Source: the human T2T-CHM13v2.0 reference genome, Homo sapiens. From it: a stretch of 64,000 nt of DNA. Positions 27,923-40,244 of the stretch are shown in pieces. Under the pieces are notes generated by a model, which was not told where the DNA came from, ran no database searches, and saw only the letters and a program-made list of their open reading frames with translations. The stretch is from NCBI RefSeq assembly GCF_009914755.1, contig NC_060941.1; one strand, given 5' to 3'. Made by a program: the position numbers and the translations under genes. Numbering within the stretch: the stretch's first letter is position 1; each line of letters starts with the position of its first letter.

Positions 27923-28425
27923 CTACAGTAATCAAGATGGTGTTGTACTGGCATGAGGATTGATATATAAATCAATAGAATAGAATTGAGGATCCAGAAA
28001 TAAACCCTCTCAATTACAATAAATTGATTTTCCATGAAGGAGTATCAAGAAAATTCAATGGGGGAAGAATAATCTTTTTCAACAAATGGTACTGAGACAA
28101 CCGGATATCCATATGCAAAAGAATGAAATTAGATCACCTGCCACCGTATATAAAAATTAACTCAAAATAGATCAAAGACCTTAAATGTAGGAGCTAAAGC
28201 TATAAAATTCTTAGAAGAAAACATAGGGGCAAATTTTTTTATGGATTTGCCAATAATGTCTTAGATCTAGCACCAAAAGCATAAGCAAAAAAATAAACAA
28301 AATAGATAAATGTAACTTTATTAAAATTAATAACTTTTGTGCTTCAAAAGAAACCATAAAGAAAGTGACAAGACAATGCACAGAATGGGAGAAAATTTCT
28401 GCAAATCATATATCTGATAAGGGGC

Positions 28426-28791
28426 ATTCCTGTTGCTATAACAAAATACTGAAGAGCAGGTAATTTATATAAGTAATAGAAATCTATTTCTCATAGTTCT
28501 GGAGGCTGGGACATTCAATATCAAGGCACTAGCAAATCTAGGGGCTGGTGAGAGCTGCTCTGGGCTTCCAAAATAGTGCCTTGTTATTAGGTCCTCACAT
28601 GATAGAAGGGATGAAAGGGCCAAGGGGATGAATAGCTCCCTCGAACCTCTTTCATGAGGTCATTAATCTCATTCATGAGGATTCTACTCTCATAACTTAA
28701 TCACCCCTAAAGGCCCTACATCTTAATACTATCACATTGGTGATTAGACTTTAACATATGAATTTTGAGGAAACACATTCAGGCTACAGCA
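28426..28791 (-). mobile_element. MST/MLT1A-type MaLR LTR nested in L1MB
   Basis: 'tgttgctataacaaaatac...tctcatagttctggaggctggg...acacattcaggctacagca'. Confidence 0.85.
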
Positions 28792-29704
28792 GGGCTTTTA
28801 TCTAAAATACATAAAGAAATGATACAACAAGAGACAAAAACTTAATTAAAAAATGGAAAATAATCTGAATAGACATTTCTCCAAAGAAGATATACAAATG
28901 GCCAATAAGTGCATACAGTATGTTCAACATAATTAGCAATCAGGGATGTGCAAATTAAAACTGCAGTGAGATGCCACTTCACACCCATTAGGATGGCTAT
29001 AATGAAAAAGATGAATAATAACAAGTGTTGGCAAGGATATGAAGAAGTTGGAGTTCTCATACACTGCTAAAAGGAATGTTAGGCAGTGCAGCCACTTTGG
29101 AAAATACAAGGCAGTTTTTTAAAATGTTGAACACAGAGGTTTAATGTTCAAAAGGTTAACATTTGACTTTGAAATTCTACTCCTAAGTATAGATACAGAA
29201 GAAATAAAAACACAGGTCAACACACAAACTTGTACGTAAATGTCCATAGGAGCATTTTTCATAATAGGCAAATAATGGAAATAGTCCAAATTTCCAATGA
29301 CTGATGATTGAATAAAACATAATATATCTGTACAATGAAATATTATTTGGCAATGAAGTACTGATACATGGTACAACATGGAGGAACTTTGAAAACATTA
29401 TGTCAAATGAAAGAAGTCATTCACAAAGGATCATATATCATTTCATGTACGTGAAATGTTCAGAATAGGCAAATCCATACAAAGAGTAAATTAGCAGTTG
29501 CTTGGGATTAAGAAGAAATGGGAAGTGATGCTAATGGATATGGAGCTTCTTTTGGGGGTGATAAAATGTTCTAAAATTTATTGTAATGATGGTTGTACAA
29601 CTCTGTTATTTACTAAAAACCATTAAATTGTACACATAAATTGGTTCATTGCATGGCATGTGAATTATATCTCAATAAAGCTGTCATAAAAACCAACAAT
29701 ACAA

Positions 29705-29930
29705 ATAGCTATTGTTAATTTAGCACTTTCTAAATGCTAGGTACTGTGCTAAACTATGTAATCTTACCTAAGTCTCATAATAAATATGCCAGGAAACTTT
29801 TAGTTTTATTTACAAAGGGAAAACATGAGTTCAGAGATAAGGAAATTGCCCAAGGTCACAAAACTAGTAATTACCATACTAGTTAGGATTTTAACTCATT
29901 TTTGTCTCATTTTGAGTTTCAGGGTCTTAC
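29705..29930 (-). mobile_element. MIR
   Basis: 'ggtactgtgctaaac...aattgcccaaggtcacaaaactagtaa'. Confidence 0.7.
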
Positions 29931-32900
29931 AAAATGCCATTAGATGGATCTTGTGAGCATCCTTGTGTACAAGGCTGGGGTGTTCACAATAGTGACCAAC
30001 ACGAAACAGTAGAAATTAGTGAAATCTCTGCCTCTGACTTTCTCACCCTGGAACTGGGGTGAGGTGTTGGCTCCCAGGCGCTGTGGATATGGGGTGGCAA
30101 GGAATCTATCCTCAGTGAACTGAATTAATTCCTTAATTCTCCCTCAGATATGTCACAGCTGTCATTCTGGAGGTGAGACTCTTGACCCTCCACCCCCAGC
30201 ACCTGATTTTACAGATTATGTCTTGCGTTTGAAAGTGAGTCCTGTTACTGTTGGCTCTGTCTGCTTCCTAGTTCCAAGAAACAAAACGTGAGAAGGAAGG
30301 TGTTAAGCCCACAAAACAAAGACGTCAAATAGTTCTCACCAAGGAACATTTGGATGAGTTTTGGGAAAATGACTGTGAAGCAGATGGATTACATTTTCTG
30401 TTTGGGCTCAGTAATTAAGGGGAAAGGGGGACTCAAGCCAAATGTGCTGGGATTTTGTCAAATTCCAAATGTTGGAACACATTTCAGGATGTTTGACTGA
30501 GTTTGGCAGAATCAGTACCTTGACTGTGGCCTTCTCTTCTTGGACAAAAGATGACCGAAGAGCCTACAATAATCCAAACCTGAAAGAAGCCACAGGCATG
30601 GTTACCCTTTTGTGGGAAATGGCACAATGGTACCCTTTGTCAGTTGGAATATTTCAGTGGGGGGATTAAATATGCATATGGTTATTCTTGCAGGGTTTTT
30701 GAGAAAGAGGATAAAAATCAGCTCACATAACACAATTTAAGAACATATTCTTTCATTCTATTCCTCGTGATCCAGAGGCTAGAAGTAGAATTGCATCCTT
30801 CCATGACTATCCAAACCCCTTATTCTGTGCATCCTGAAGTATCCCCAGGAATTTTTGTGGCTGTACTTACTCTCATCCTTTGCTCTTTCCATTTGATTCT
30901 TTAGAATCAGAGCAGAACCAAGCGGGAAGCTCAGAATCAGAGAGACCTCATCAAGTTTTCGGCAAACCCAAACATTCTGCAATAGATTGAGTGGAAGGAA
31001 GAGGAAGGACATAAAGATAAAGACATGAGAAAAGAAGCTGAGTCTTTGTTGAAACACTGAAATGGGTGCAGGTATCATTTCTTATCTCATTGTTTTTTCT
31101 CATAAGCCCTGAATTAATTCATTTATTCACAGTATTTTCGCAGATGTGAAATTCACATATTATTCACAGATGTGTTCACTATCATCTATGTACTGGAAAG
31201 ATAGCAGTGAATAAAATGGACAAAATTACCTGCCCTCTTGGAGCTCGCATTCTAATGAATAAAATGCCATTGTCACTTGGAGGATATGCTTATCAAAATT
31301 TTTAGAGGTCAGTTGCCTAGCTGGTCAAAGAGCAGTAGAATTTAAATTTTTCTCCTGTAAGTAGCTACAATGCTTTGTCAGAATTTTTACCCTAGTATTA
31401 CAAATATTTATTCTATTTTGCTGATAAATTTAAAAATGGCCTTCAGTGTCATTCCAGATGGAATATGTTGTCTTACCATTGACAGAATATTCTACACCCA
31501 AAGTTAAAATTTCTAAGAAGAAAACACAATTAAGTTCATCCTTTAAAACATTTTTTTCAAATGACTAAAAAGTAGCGACTGGGAAGTGCTGATATTAAAA
31601 TGGCAGCAAAGCTTCCGCCTCAGAGCTCTCCTTTCTTCTCCCTGTCTTCTCATCAGCAGATCTTTTTTTATTCACTGAAGAAGCAAAATTGGAAAGTAAA
31701 TATATAAATTAGAAACTGGCAAGAGAAGTAAACAGCAGTCTTGGGTTTTCACTTCAAGGCAAAACGATGGCTCCTAGTGTCCCCTTCTGCATGTCAATCT
31801 TGTATATCAATTCCTTGTGATAGGAAATGTTATTTTCAGTGGACTGTAGTCCAGGCAATTGTCAAGAGAGCTCCTATGTGGCAACTGTTTTGGACATGTC
31901 CAGAGACACAACTTTTTCAACACTGCATCAGCCCCAGCCTGGCTTTCACTGCTTCTGTATCCCTAGCTGGTCACAGCTAGCTCTGCTGATGCTCCACAGC
32001 TTCAGGCACAGCTCCGCCTGAGCTATTCCTGATGGAGATGAATAGTGCTGCATAACTCCCTATTGCAGACTGGTTTCACATTAGGTCTACTGTCTAGACT
32101 TGAGACTTAATGGCCCCAGATGTCTGAGGGACTCCCACACTCCTTGCTGCCAATTAGATCTCAGATCTACTGGTGGTATTCATGACCATAGGGGACTAAG
32201 TTCGGGTGGTAGCTCCCTTCTTTTACCTTCTTCCCATACATTCACTCAGTCCATAGAATAGAACTGCAAACTTGATGTTCTCTTTTTAATCCAACCAATC
32301 AACTTGTCTAATGCACTAGTCCCAATTCTGGAGATCCTAGTTTCAGTGACCCAGTTACTGACCTGGGTCTTCTTGCTTACAAAGACCTCCGAGAGTGTAC
32401 CCACCTGCCTGTTAAACTGGTTAATTTCCACCAATCTAAGTGTAGGTGCCACTTACTAGATGCAAATTTTTGGTATAGCCATTTCTAAAATGAAGATGGA
32501 AACAGGTACAGCCCCAAAGACAGTAGGCATGACCTGACCTCCTGTACCTTTAGAGTTATTCCTTGTTCCATCTCAGTGCATGTCTCAAATTAATTAGTGC
32601 ATGTCTCAAATTAATTCCTGCTCCATTTTACAGCTTGCCTGATAATACTATAGGCAACAATGCAAAGTATCTAACATCAAAGTCTCAAACAATGATAAAT
32701 TGTAATTGGAACTACTTCATGGTGGGAGAGAAGCTTTTGTTATCAACATTTATTAGGCCTGCTGGACCTTTAGTAGGTCACTCGGTCCCTGAACACAGAG
32801 ATAAGTGGACCTGGGTTTCATATTTAGTCTCCTTGCAGAACAAATTTAGCCTTGGAGAAGACCAAGGCTTTGGGCCCAGGAATGGCCTGGAAGTTCTCTG

Positions 32901-33572
32901 GGACTAATTCAAAGCCTCACTAAACTCCCTCTTGGAACATCTTAGGATCCATAGCCACAGATTCCTTGGTACACCCAAAGCACGGTATAGACTTTATAAC
33001 ACTGCCAGTCCTTTTTAATGTTTCAATCTTTTTCTTTCATCTTTATTCTAATGGTGCCTTGAGAAAAAACAGCATTGAGTATACAAATGAATTTGGGAGT
33101 AAGAGAGAGGGATCTGGGAGAAAAAATAAAAGTGAAGTTCAAATAAACTTGTTTGGGGAACTAAATGGCTCTTACGTTAAGAAGAGTGGGCTCATCCCCA
33201 CCAGGTGCACAAATTTTTTTAATGTCTTTTCTTGTTTAAGAAAAAAAGTAATTTGTCCAAATTAATGACCCTTTGTCCAATATGGAGAGTATTAGATACT
33301 TGATCTTTTCTTCTATGTCGAGGGCATGGCTGAAGTCTTTTAATCCGAGCTCTGAGAGCCCAGTGAGAAGTTAGTTGTTTGTAGCTTGAGACATGGACCA
33401 TTCTTTTCCCTTTAAAATTTTGTGAGTCTCTAAGTCAACTTCAAAATAAGGATTGAGAAAAACTCAAGGCTGTCTCAGTTTTGTGTTGAGTGAATGCTTG
33501 CTTGAAATAGAGAAGCAAAAGAAAAACAAAGGTAAAATGTTTTGATCATTCACCAAATTAAGCGTTAGATGT

Positions 33573-33590
33573 TACTGCCATCTAGTGATG
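33573..33590 (-). promoter_or_regulatory. Candidate CTCF motif
   Basis: Minus strand reads CATCACTAGATGGCAGTA, close to the core CCASYAGRKGGCRS. Motif match only. Confidence 0.55.
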
Positions 33591-34074
33591 ATTTAACACC
33601 TGACTGCCAGGGGAAGGTAGAGTCATCTTTTTGCTACATAGGCATCGCCTTAGGGCCTATCACAGACTTGCAGGTTTGGGAAAAAGGTGACATCTAAGTA
33701 AACTTCCAAATTACCAGAGGATGGTACTATGGTGAAAAGGTCCCACAACTGTGAGAAAAATGCATGTATTCGTATTAAATCCTAAGCCTCTCTGCCCATA
33801 ATATTTCTTTAAAAAAATCTTCCTTGCAACAATGAAAACAGGTTTCTCTTAACTCCATGACTCCAGGATCCTTAACGCATATTTAAACATTCACAGGCAA
33901 GTTATATGCCACCTCTCCATTGCATCTGCCTCCAAACCCTGTCTCTACACATCACTTAATAGAGCTCCAATCCCATTCCTCCTCATTCTGACTGCGCTAA
34001 TTCCAATCCCATTTCTCCTCATTTTCACTGCACTCATGTGGTCACTGGAGGTGGGGAAGAGGAAGAAGCAAAGA

Positions 34075-34270
34075 AGATGATACTGTGCTTACCTTGTGTA
34101 GATGCTTTACAATCATAGTTGCCCTCACTATCATCCCAGAAATTGGCATCATTCCAGTGTGAAAGATGAGAAAATCAAGAATCAGAAAAATTAGGTAATT
34201 GGCCAGAGATCACACAGTTAAGTGTAAGTAGCAAAGCTGGAATTTGAACCCAGTGTACCTGGTCTCATCA
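34075..34270 (-). mobile_element. MIR
   Basis: 'agatgagaaaatcaagaatcaga...gagatcacacagtta...ggaatttgaaccc'. Confidence 0.7.
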
Positions 34271-34699
34271 TCTGAGGAGTTTTTTTGTGGCTTGGTAAGC
34301 ACAGTGGTAGGATGTTGGAGAGGAACACTGAATGTGGAACAGTGGGAAATGTTCTCTGCTCATCAAAGGGCAGAGTTCAAGAACATCCTCATGTGGCCTC
34401 CTCTGGAGCAGGTACAGAAAAGCTGGGAAGGTACAGAAGTACTTGAGTGTAAAGGCTTAGCAGGTTTTGGACGCACAAGCAAATCCATATCTAGAGCAGG
34501 GTTGCCAGAAACAGATGGTAACTCTAGGGTGCTAATTTCATCCCCTTCCCTCATCTGAAGAAACGCCATGCTTCATGAGAGTATCCATCTCCGAAGGATT
34601 AAAAAGATAAGAAAAAAAAAAAAAAAGAAGGTGATCTGATCTAAGCCTGGCACCAGCAGTCCCCTTAGGTATATGGAGGAAAGAACACTGAAGTTGGTG

Positions 34700-35686
34700 A
34701 AAAGGATATAGTTCGGGATTTCTGTTGCCTTGGGATTTGGGCTACAGCCATAACGCTAAAGACATGAGGCAAAGCGTATTTAGTTTTCTTCATTGGCATC
34801 AAAGAACCTTCCCAGATGCCTTTGCAGTTAGATGGCTCATGAAATCTTGGCCAAGTTCCGGCCAATGGAAACGATGTAAGCCTGTCTGGGTTTGGGCTCT
34901 GAGACATCCTACGTGATCCTTCACATGCTCTTTCTTCTTTCCCCTGAGGGCTACATGTGGAGTATTCATAGGGTAATTCTGAATCCAATTTGGAGCCTTG
35001 AAAAATTACTTGGTGCAAACACTCTTCTCTCTCCAACACACACCAGCCCCTCATTGGACTGGGTTGTGAATAAGAAAAATGCCACTAAGATTTTTTGTTT
35101 GTTGTTTATTATAGCATTTCATGTAATTTAACCTGTTAATATACAACAACAGATACAAAAGATACCTACTGTGGTAAACAGCCAAAAAAAAAAAAAATGG
35201 CCAGAATTCTTTATTGCTCCTTGTATCCAAGCTCTTTGCAATTTGACTTTGTACTTTGTCTCACTAGGGAGGCAAAGTCTATTTCCCTGCACTTTGAGTC
35301 TGAGCTAACCTGTGACTTCTTTCATGCAAGTAGTAGCCGTGTGCCACTTAGGAGTCTAGGTCTCCAGAGGCTTTGCATGCTTCTGCCACTCATTTAGAAT
35401 CCTGCTCAGCCCCAGTGACAACAAGCCTTGACCTGCTGGATAAGGAGGGACATGAGGTCAAGACACCCCAGCCAACCACCAGCTAATGCCATCCTAGTTC
35501 AATGTTCAGCCAGCCTCCTGCCACTGACCACAGCTGACCACTGAAGCATAAGTAAGCTCAGCTAAATTCAGTTAAGCCTGGCCCACAGAAACAAGAATGC
35601 TCAGCTGATGGCATGGTGTGTTTTAATACTTATTATTTACGCTACTGGATTTTGGGGAAGCTTGTTACACAGCGTTAGCTGAAACA
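34700..35686 (+). mobile_element. Two adjacent MLT1 LTRs (about 34700-35144 old MLT1J/K-like; 35170-35686 MLT1F/G-like)
   Basis: LTR ends 'ttattatagcattt...taatataca' and 'ttttggggaagcttgttacacagcgttagctgaaaca'. Internal 'gtctatttccctgcactttgagtctgagc'. Confidence 0.7.
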
Positions 35687-36350
35687 CCTATATTTTAAAA
35701 AGACCTACTGCTCATAACCCAGCAGGACTTACTAAGAGGCTAGCAGAACTTGTTTTGTTGTTATCAACCTACCACAGTCTCCAAAATTGGAACATTCCCC
35801 GTTAGAGGAGACATCACTGGGATCAGGGGTTAGAGGGGTTAGAGCATCCCATGTTCCTGGTAAGAACTTACTCCATTCTGCCTCTCTGGGAAAAGATTAC
35901 AGGTGTTTTCTTTTTTCAGTGAAAGTCCAGGCTAATTAAGGGAAGCGCTGAGAAAACCACTTGTAGAAATCGGTGGGAGTCAGAGAGAGGACCTGCAGGA
36001 ATTGGGGCTTAGCTTATCCCTCCCTGACGAGAAGCTTATTAGGATGCAGGTCCTGTAAAACCACTGTTACTCCCAGCAAAGCAAGCATGATGGAGTAGTT
36101 TTTGATAGAGCTGAATTTTATGCTATTTGCGTTCAAGGGTGTATATTAATATAGTGCCTGGTACTGCTTCTCACTTGGAAAATTTTGAAGGCAGGAAACT
36201 TTCTAGGGGCACTCTGGGGTGGGAAGCAAAGGAACAGAAAATTGGTATGCTAAACCCTTCTATAACTAATTGGAGAAGCAAGGAGCTGTAAGTTTCCTAC
36301 GTGAGAAAGGAATAGGTAATTGGATTGGAACATTTTGGCAGAACAGTGTC

Positions 36351-36833
36351 TGTATTAGCCTCCTAGGGCTGCTGTAACAAAGTACTACAAATTGGGTGGC
36401 TTAAAACAACAACAATGTGTTCTCTCACAGTTTTGGGGGCTGGGCATCTGAAACCGAGGTGTCAGCAGGGCTGTATTCCCACTGAATCCTTCAGCAGAGG
36501 ACCCTTGCCTGCCTCTTCCAGTTTCTGCCTGCACAGACGTTCCCGGCTTGTGGCAGCATCACTCCAACCTCTGCCTTCATCTTAATATGGCTGTCTTCCC
36601 CCTCTGTTCTGTGCTTTCACATGGCATTCTCTTCTCTTTGTATGTCTATTTCCAAATCTCCTCTTTTTATGACACCAGTCATTGGATTAGGACCCACTCT
36701 AATGACCTCATCTTAACTTGATGACATCTAGAAAAACTCTGTTTCCAGGTAAAGTCACATTCACAGGTATGGAGATTAGGACTTCAATGTGTCTTTGTGC
36801 GGGGGAGGGTGGGAAGCAATTTAACCCAAAACA
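36351..36833 (-). mobile_element. MLT1B/C-type LTR
   Basis: 'tgtattagcctcctagggctgctgtaacaaagtactacaaattgggtggcttaaaacaac...aaagtcacattcacaggta'. Confidence 0.88.
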
Positions 36834-37447
36834 GTGCCCAAAAGGGCTGGCTTCTGGGTGATGGAGCCCAGTAGTAAGAGCTGTAGACAATAGCAGAAGA
36901 TGGGGGAGGGGGCAAGATGAGAGCGTGCAGCAGTGGCGGGCCTACTGAAAAGTGGGCACGAATCACTTTAAGGAAACCGATATTTGGACTTCTGCTTCCC
37001 AATGGGCATAACAGCCAAGGGAGTGCCGGGTATGGCCCCAGTCAGGAAAAAGAGCTTCTTGCTCCTTTCCCTCAAGGGCTTCTTCCCAGTACCCCCTACA
37101 TGTTAAAAATGGAAGAGATGCAGAAGGAGAAAGTGTCCCAGGAACAAAGGAGCAGACACCTGTAATAATCATCACTGAGGACCAGAGCCATGGGGAAAGC
37201 TAGCACCAGAGAGAGAAGAGGAGACAGTGGGGCTGAGTTCAAGATGAGATTGATAGTTAAGCCAGACTTTGTGAAACTTGAGTGGATATACAGGTTGAGA
37301 TTTGCCCAAGATATGATCAAGAGGTGCAGAAAGGAGCTTCAAAGGCCAATATGTGAAAAAAAAAAAAAAATAAAGACATACTTACACTTCACCTAGTGAA
37401 TCAGTTTGGTAGAAGAGTTATAGGTGTTAAAGTCTAAACTGTGTGAT

Positions 37448-37753
37448 TTTTGTTTGTTTGTTTGTTTTTGTTGAGGTGGAGCCTTGCTCTGTCACCCAGG
37501 CTGGAGTGCAATGGTGCGATCTCGGCTCACTGCAACCTCTGCCTCCCCAGTTCAAGCAATTCTGTCTCAGCTTCTTGAGTAGCTGGGACTACAGGTGAAT
37601 GCCACCACACCCAGCTAATTTTTGTATTTTTAGTAGAGATGGGGTTTCAAACTCCTGACTTCAGGCTGAACTCAAACTCCTCACCTCAGGTGATCCACCT
37701 GCCTTGGCCTTCTGAAGTGCTGGGATTATAAGCTTGAGCCACTATTCCCAGCC
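37448..37753 (-). mobile_element. AluS inserted in a MIR
   Basis: TSD taaactgtgtgat at 37435-37447 and 37754-37766. MIR core continues 'cttgaccaa...ctctgagcctcaactacttcatct'. Confidence 0.93.
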
Positions 37754-37833
37754 TAAACTGTGTGATCTTGACCAATCTTTTACCACCTCTGAGCCTCAAC
37801 TACTTCATCTATACAGTTTGGATAATAATTTAA

Positions 37834-37859
37834 ACACACACACACACACACACACACAC
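37834..37859. repeat. (CA)n microsatellite
   Basis: About 13 units read directly. Confidence 0.9.
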
Positions 37860-38244
37860 CCTCTACAAGCTTGTAAAAGAACTTTCTATGTTTGAGGTGC
37901 TGTTGTCACTGAGACCAGAATCCACAGATGGTGGCTTGTGTTTCCATGTTTGGTTATAGGTATCAGACAATGCATTCAGCTTTTCTGAGCTTCAGCTTTC
38001 TCATTTTTTAAAAAGGGCCATGAGTCATGGGGCAAATGGAAAGATGAAATGAGATGTGAAATTGCTTTTTTATTTTGCAAATTGTTTTATATTTGCAAAG
38101 CATTTCAGGCATGTCTCCTATCGTCTGTGTTTTTATGACACCAAATAGCGGCAGCATGTTGAATTAAATGTAAGAATTTATATTCAATTCTGTTGATGAG
38201 AATTTGTAATGAGCAATCAACCTTGTACAATATGAACCCCCTGG

Positions 38245-38400
38245 AAAGCTTTAAAAATACTAATGTCTGGGTTCCATCCCCAGAGATCGCCACTTAATCA
38301 GTCTGGGCTAAAAAACCTGGGCATCAGGGAGATTTTTCCAAGCTCCCAGGAGATTTGACTGTGCTGCGGGGTAGGGGGAGGTGGTTTGAAAACCGTAGAG
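38245..38400. mobile_element. MER5-like hAT-Charlie relic
   Basis: 'ctttaaaaatactaatgtctgggttccatccccagagat...aagctcccaggagattt'. Confidence 0.7.
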
Positions 38401-39933
38401 TAGAAAGTTCTGCTGCTGTGGCTGAATGACTGACTGCCACATTGTTATCTGTTTTGTTTTTCTGTTTACCTCTGACAATTTTTAACTGCACTGCAATTTT
38501 TGTTGATGGACTAGGAACATGTTGATTTGGGTGTGATTTTCTGGCTAGTCAGCGATTTTTTTTTCTTTTAGCTTTAGGTTTTGCCAGTTTTGATCAACTA
38601 CTTTATCATTTTCTGCTTGCTACACAAAAAGTGTACCTGTCACCTTAAAAATGAAAATTGGTTGGTAAAATTCCACATTCTGACAGGAAAAATAACATCG
38701 TTTTTGTGAATCTGAAAGATGGTTTCCTTTCCACCACTGGAACAACTGCTTTTATTTTTTAATAATCTGAGGTATCTTAGGACTGCAATTACACTGTAGA
38801 AAAACACGTGACATTAATAAATCAGAATAATTAAAACAGTGCAAAACAAACACATTTGTAAGTGCTGAGCAGAGAAATACACAGAAAAATGAATCTTTTT
38901 AGTTGAGGGGTTAGGGGAGATGGAGGTTGCCATGATGAAATCAGATTTCTGGGAGAAGGCTTAGACATGCCTGGGAGCACATGAAGTGGTGTCAGGCCGG
39001 CTGCTGTGAGGCAGCAGTATAATAGTCCTGCAGGAGAAAAATTAGATTTCAGAGGGGTGGCTGAAAACATGAGGTCAAAACTGATACAAAGGCAGATTTG
39101 TTCCTAACAGAAAACCCTCTTGCCAGCTGTCGGCGCCTTCTCTTCCTGCCAGGTTTGCAGGGCAGGGGCAGCAGGCTTCTTCCCTTTTGCCCAAATAGGA
39201 GAAGAGCCCATTCAATCGATTACGGGCTGTCCAAAGTGGGCTGAGACCGGAGAGCTTTTCTTCTTCTCCTCCCACTTTCCCTCCAAAAGCAGCAAGGGTG
39301 AAATGCCAGGTTTAAAAAGCGACTCGGTAGCTGACAGTTCTTGTAATACTCCCAGTCTCAGCTGCTCTCCTAACTCCAGGGTATAATTATCCTTGTACTT
39401 AATTGGAGGTTCAGGAGAGCTTATTAGCTTGCTCTGTTGTTGCATAATTCAGGAGTTCAGTTCAAACTTCCTTAAAAGTGAAGCAAAGGCACCACTTTGT
39501 GGTGCAAGAAGCAAGGCTGGACAACTGAGGAGGGTCACACCTGGCTCCATGCCCTCCCTGTTCTGCGGCTAATTCACTGGGTAGCATCAGCCAAATAGCC
39601 AACCGCTTTGGGCATCAGCTTCCTTCCTTGCCAATGAGGAGACAGACCTGGGTTAGTATTTGCGAAAGGGTGTTACCTGAAACACTTGCTTTTCAAGAGG
39701 CTTCTTTAAAAAAATGGTTTTGTGTCCTTAAATAACTTCAGAAAATGTTGTGTACCAGGCATGCCTGTGGTGTATATAATAGATTGTCTCACTCAATATC
39801 TGTTCCAACGTGAAGTTTACTACCTAAACCCTGTATTTCCCAAATTCCTTTGCACTAGAGTTCCAGATACGATTAGGCTACCAGTCACCACGCCCGGCCA
39901 AACAGACATTTTGCCATCAAAACAGAAACACCC

Positions 39934-40244
39934 GGCTGGACGTGGTGGCTCACACCTGTAATCCCAGCACTTTGGGAGGCCAAGGCAGGCAGATCTCGAG
40001 GTCAGGATATCGAGATCATCCTGGCTAAAACAGTGAAACCCCGTCTCCACTAACAAAAAATTAGCTGGGCGTGGTGGTGGGCACCTGTAGTCCCAGCTAC
40101 TTGGAGGCTGAGGCAAGAGAATGGCATGAACCCGGGAGGCAGAGCTTGCAGCGAGCCGAGATTGCACCACTGCACTCCAGCCTGGGCGACAGAACGAGAC
40201 TCCATCTCAAACAAACAAACAAACAACAACAACAAAAAAAAACA
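39934..40244 (+). mobile_element. AluY
   Basis: 'gagaatggcatgaacccgggaggcagagcttgcag' (Y-type). TSD aaaacagaaacaccc at 39919-39933 and 40245-40259. Confidence 0.93.

Noticed and set aside
31892-31901. Perfect p53 half-site GGACATGTCC (also AGACATGCCT near 38963)
   Set aside because: No adjacent second half-site; isolated half-sites are common by chance.
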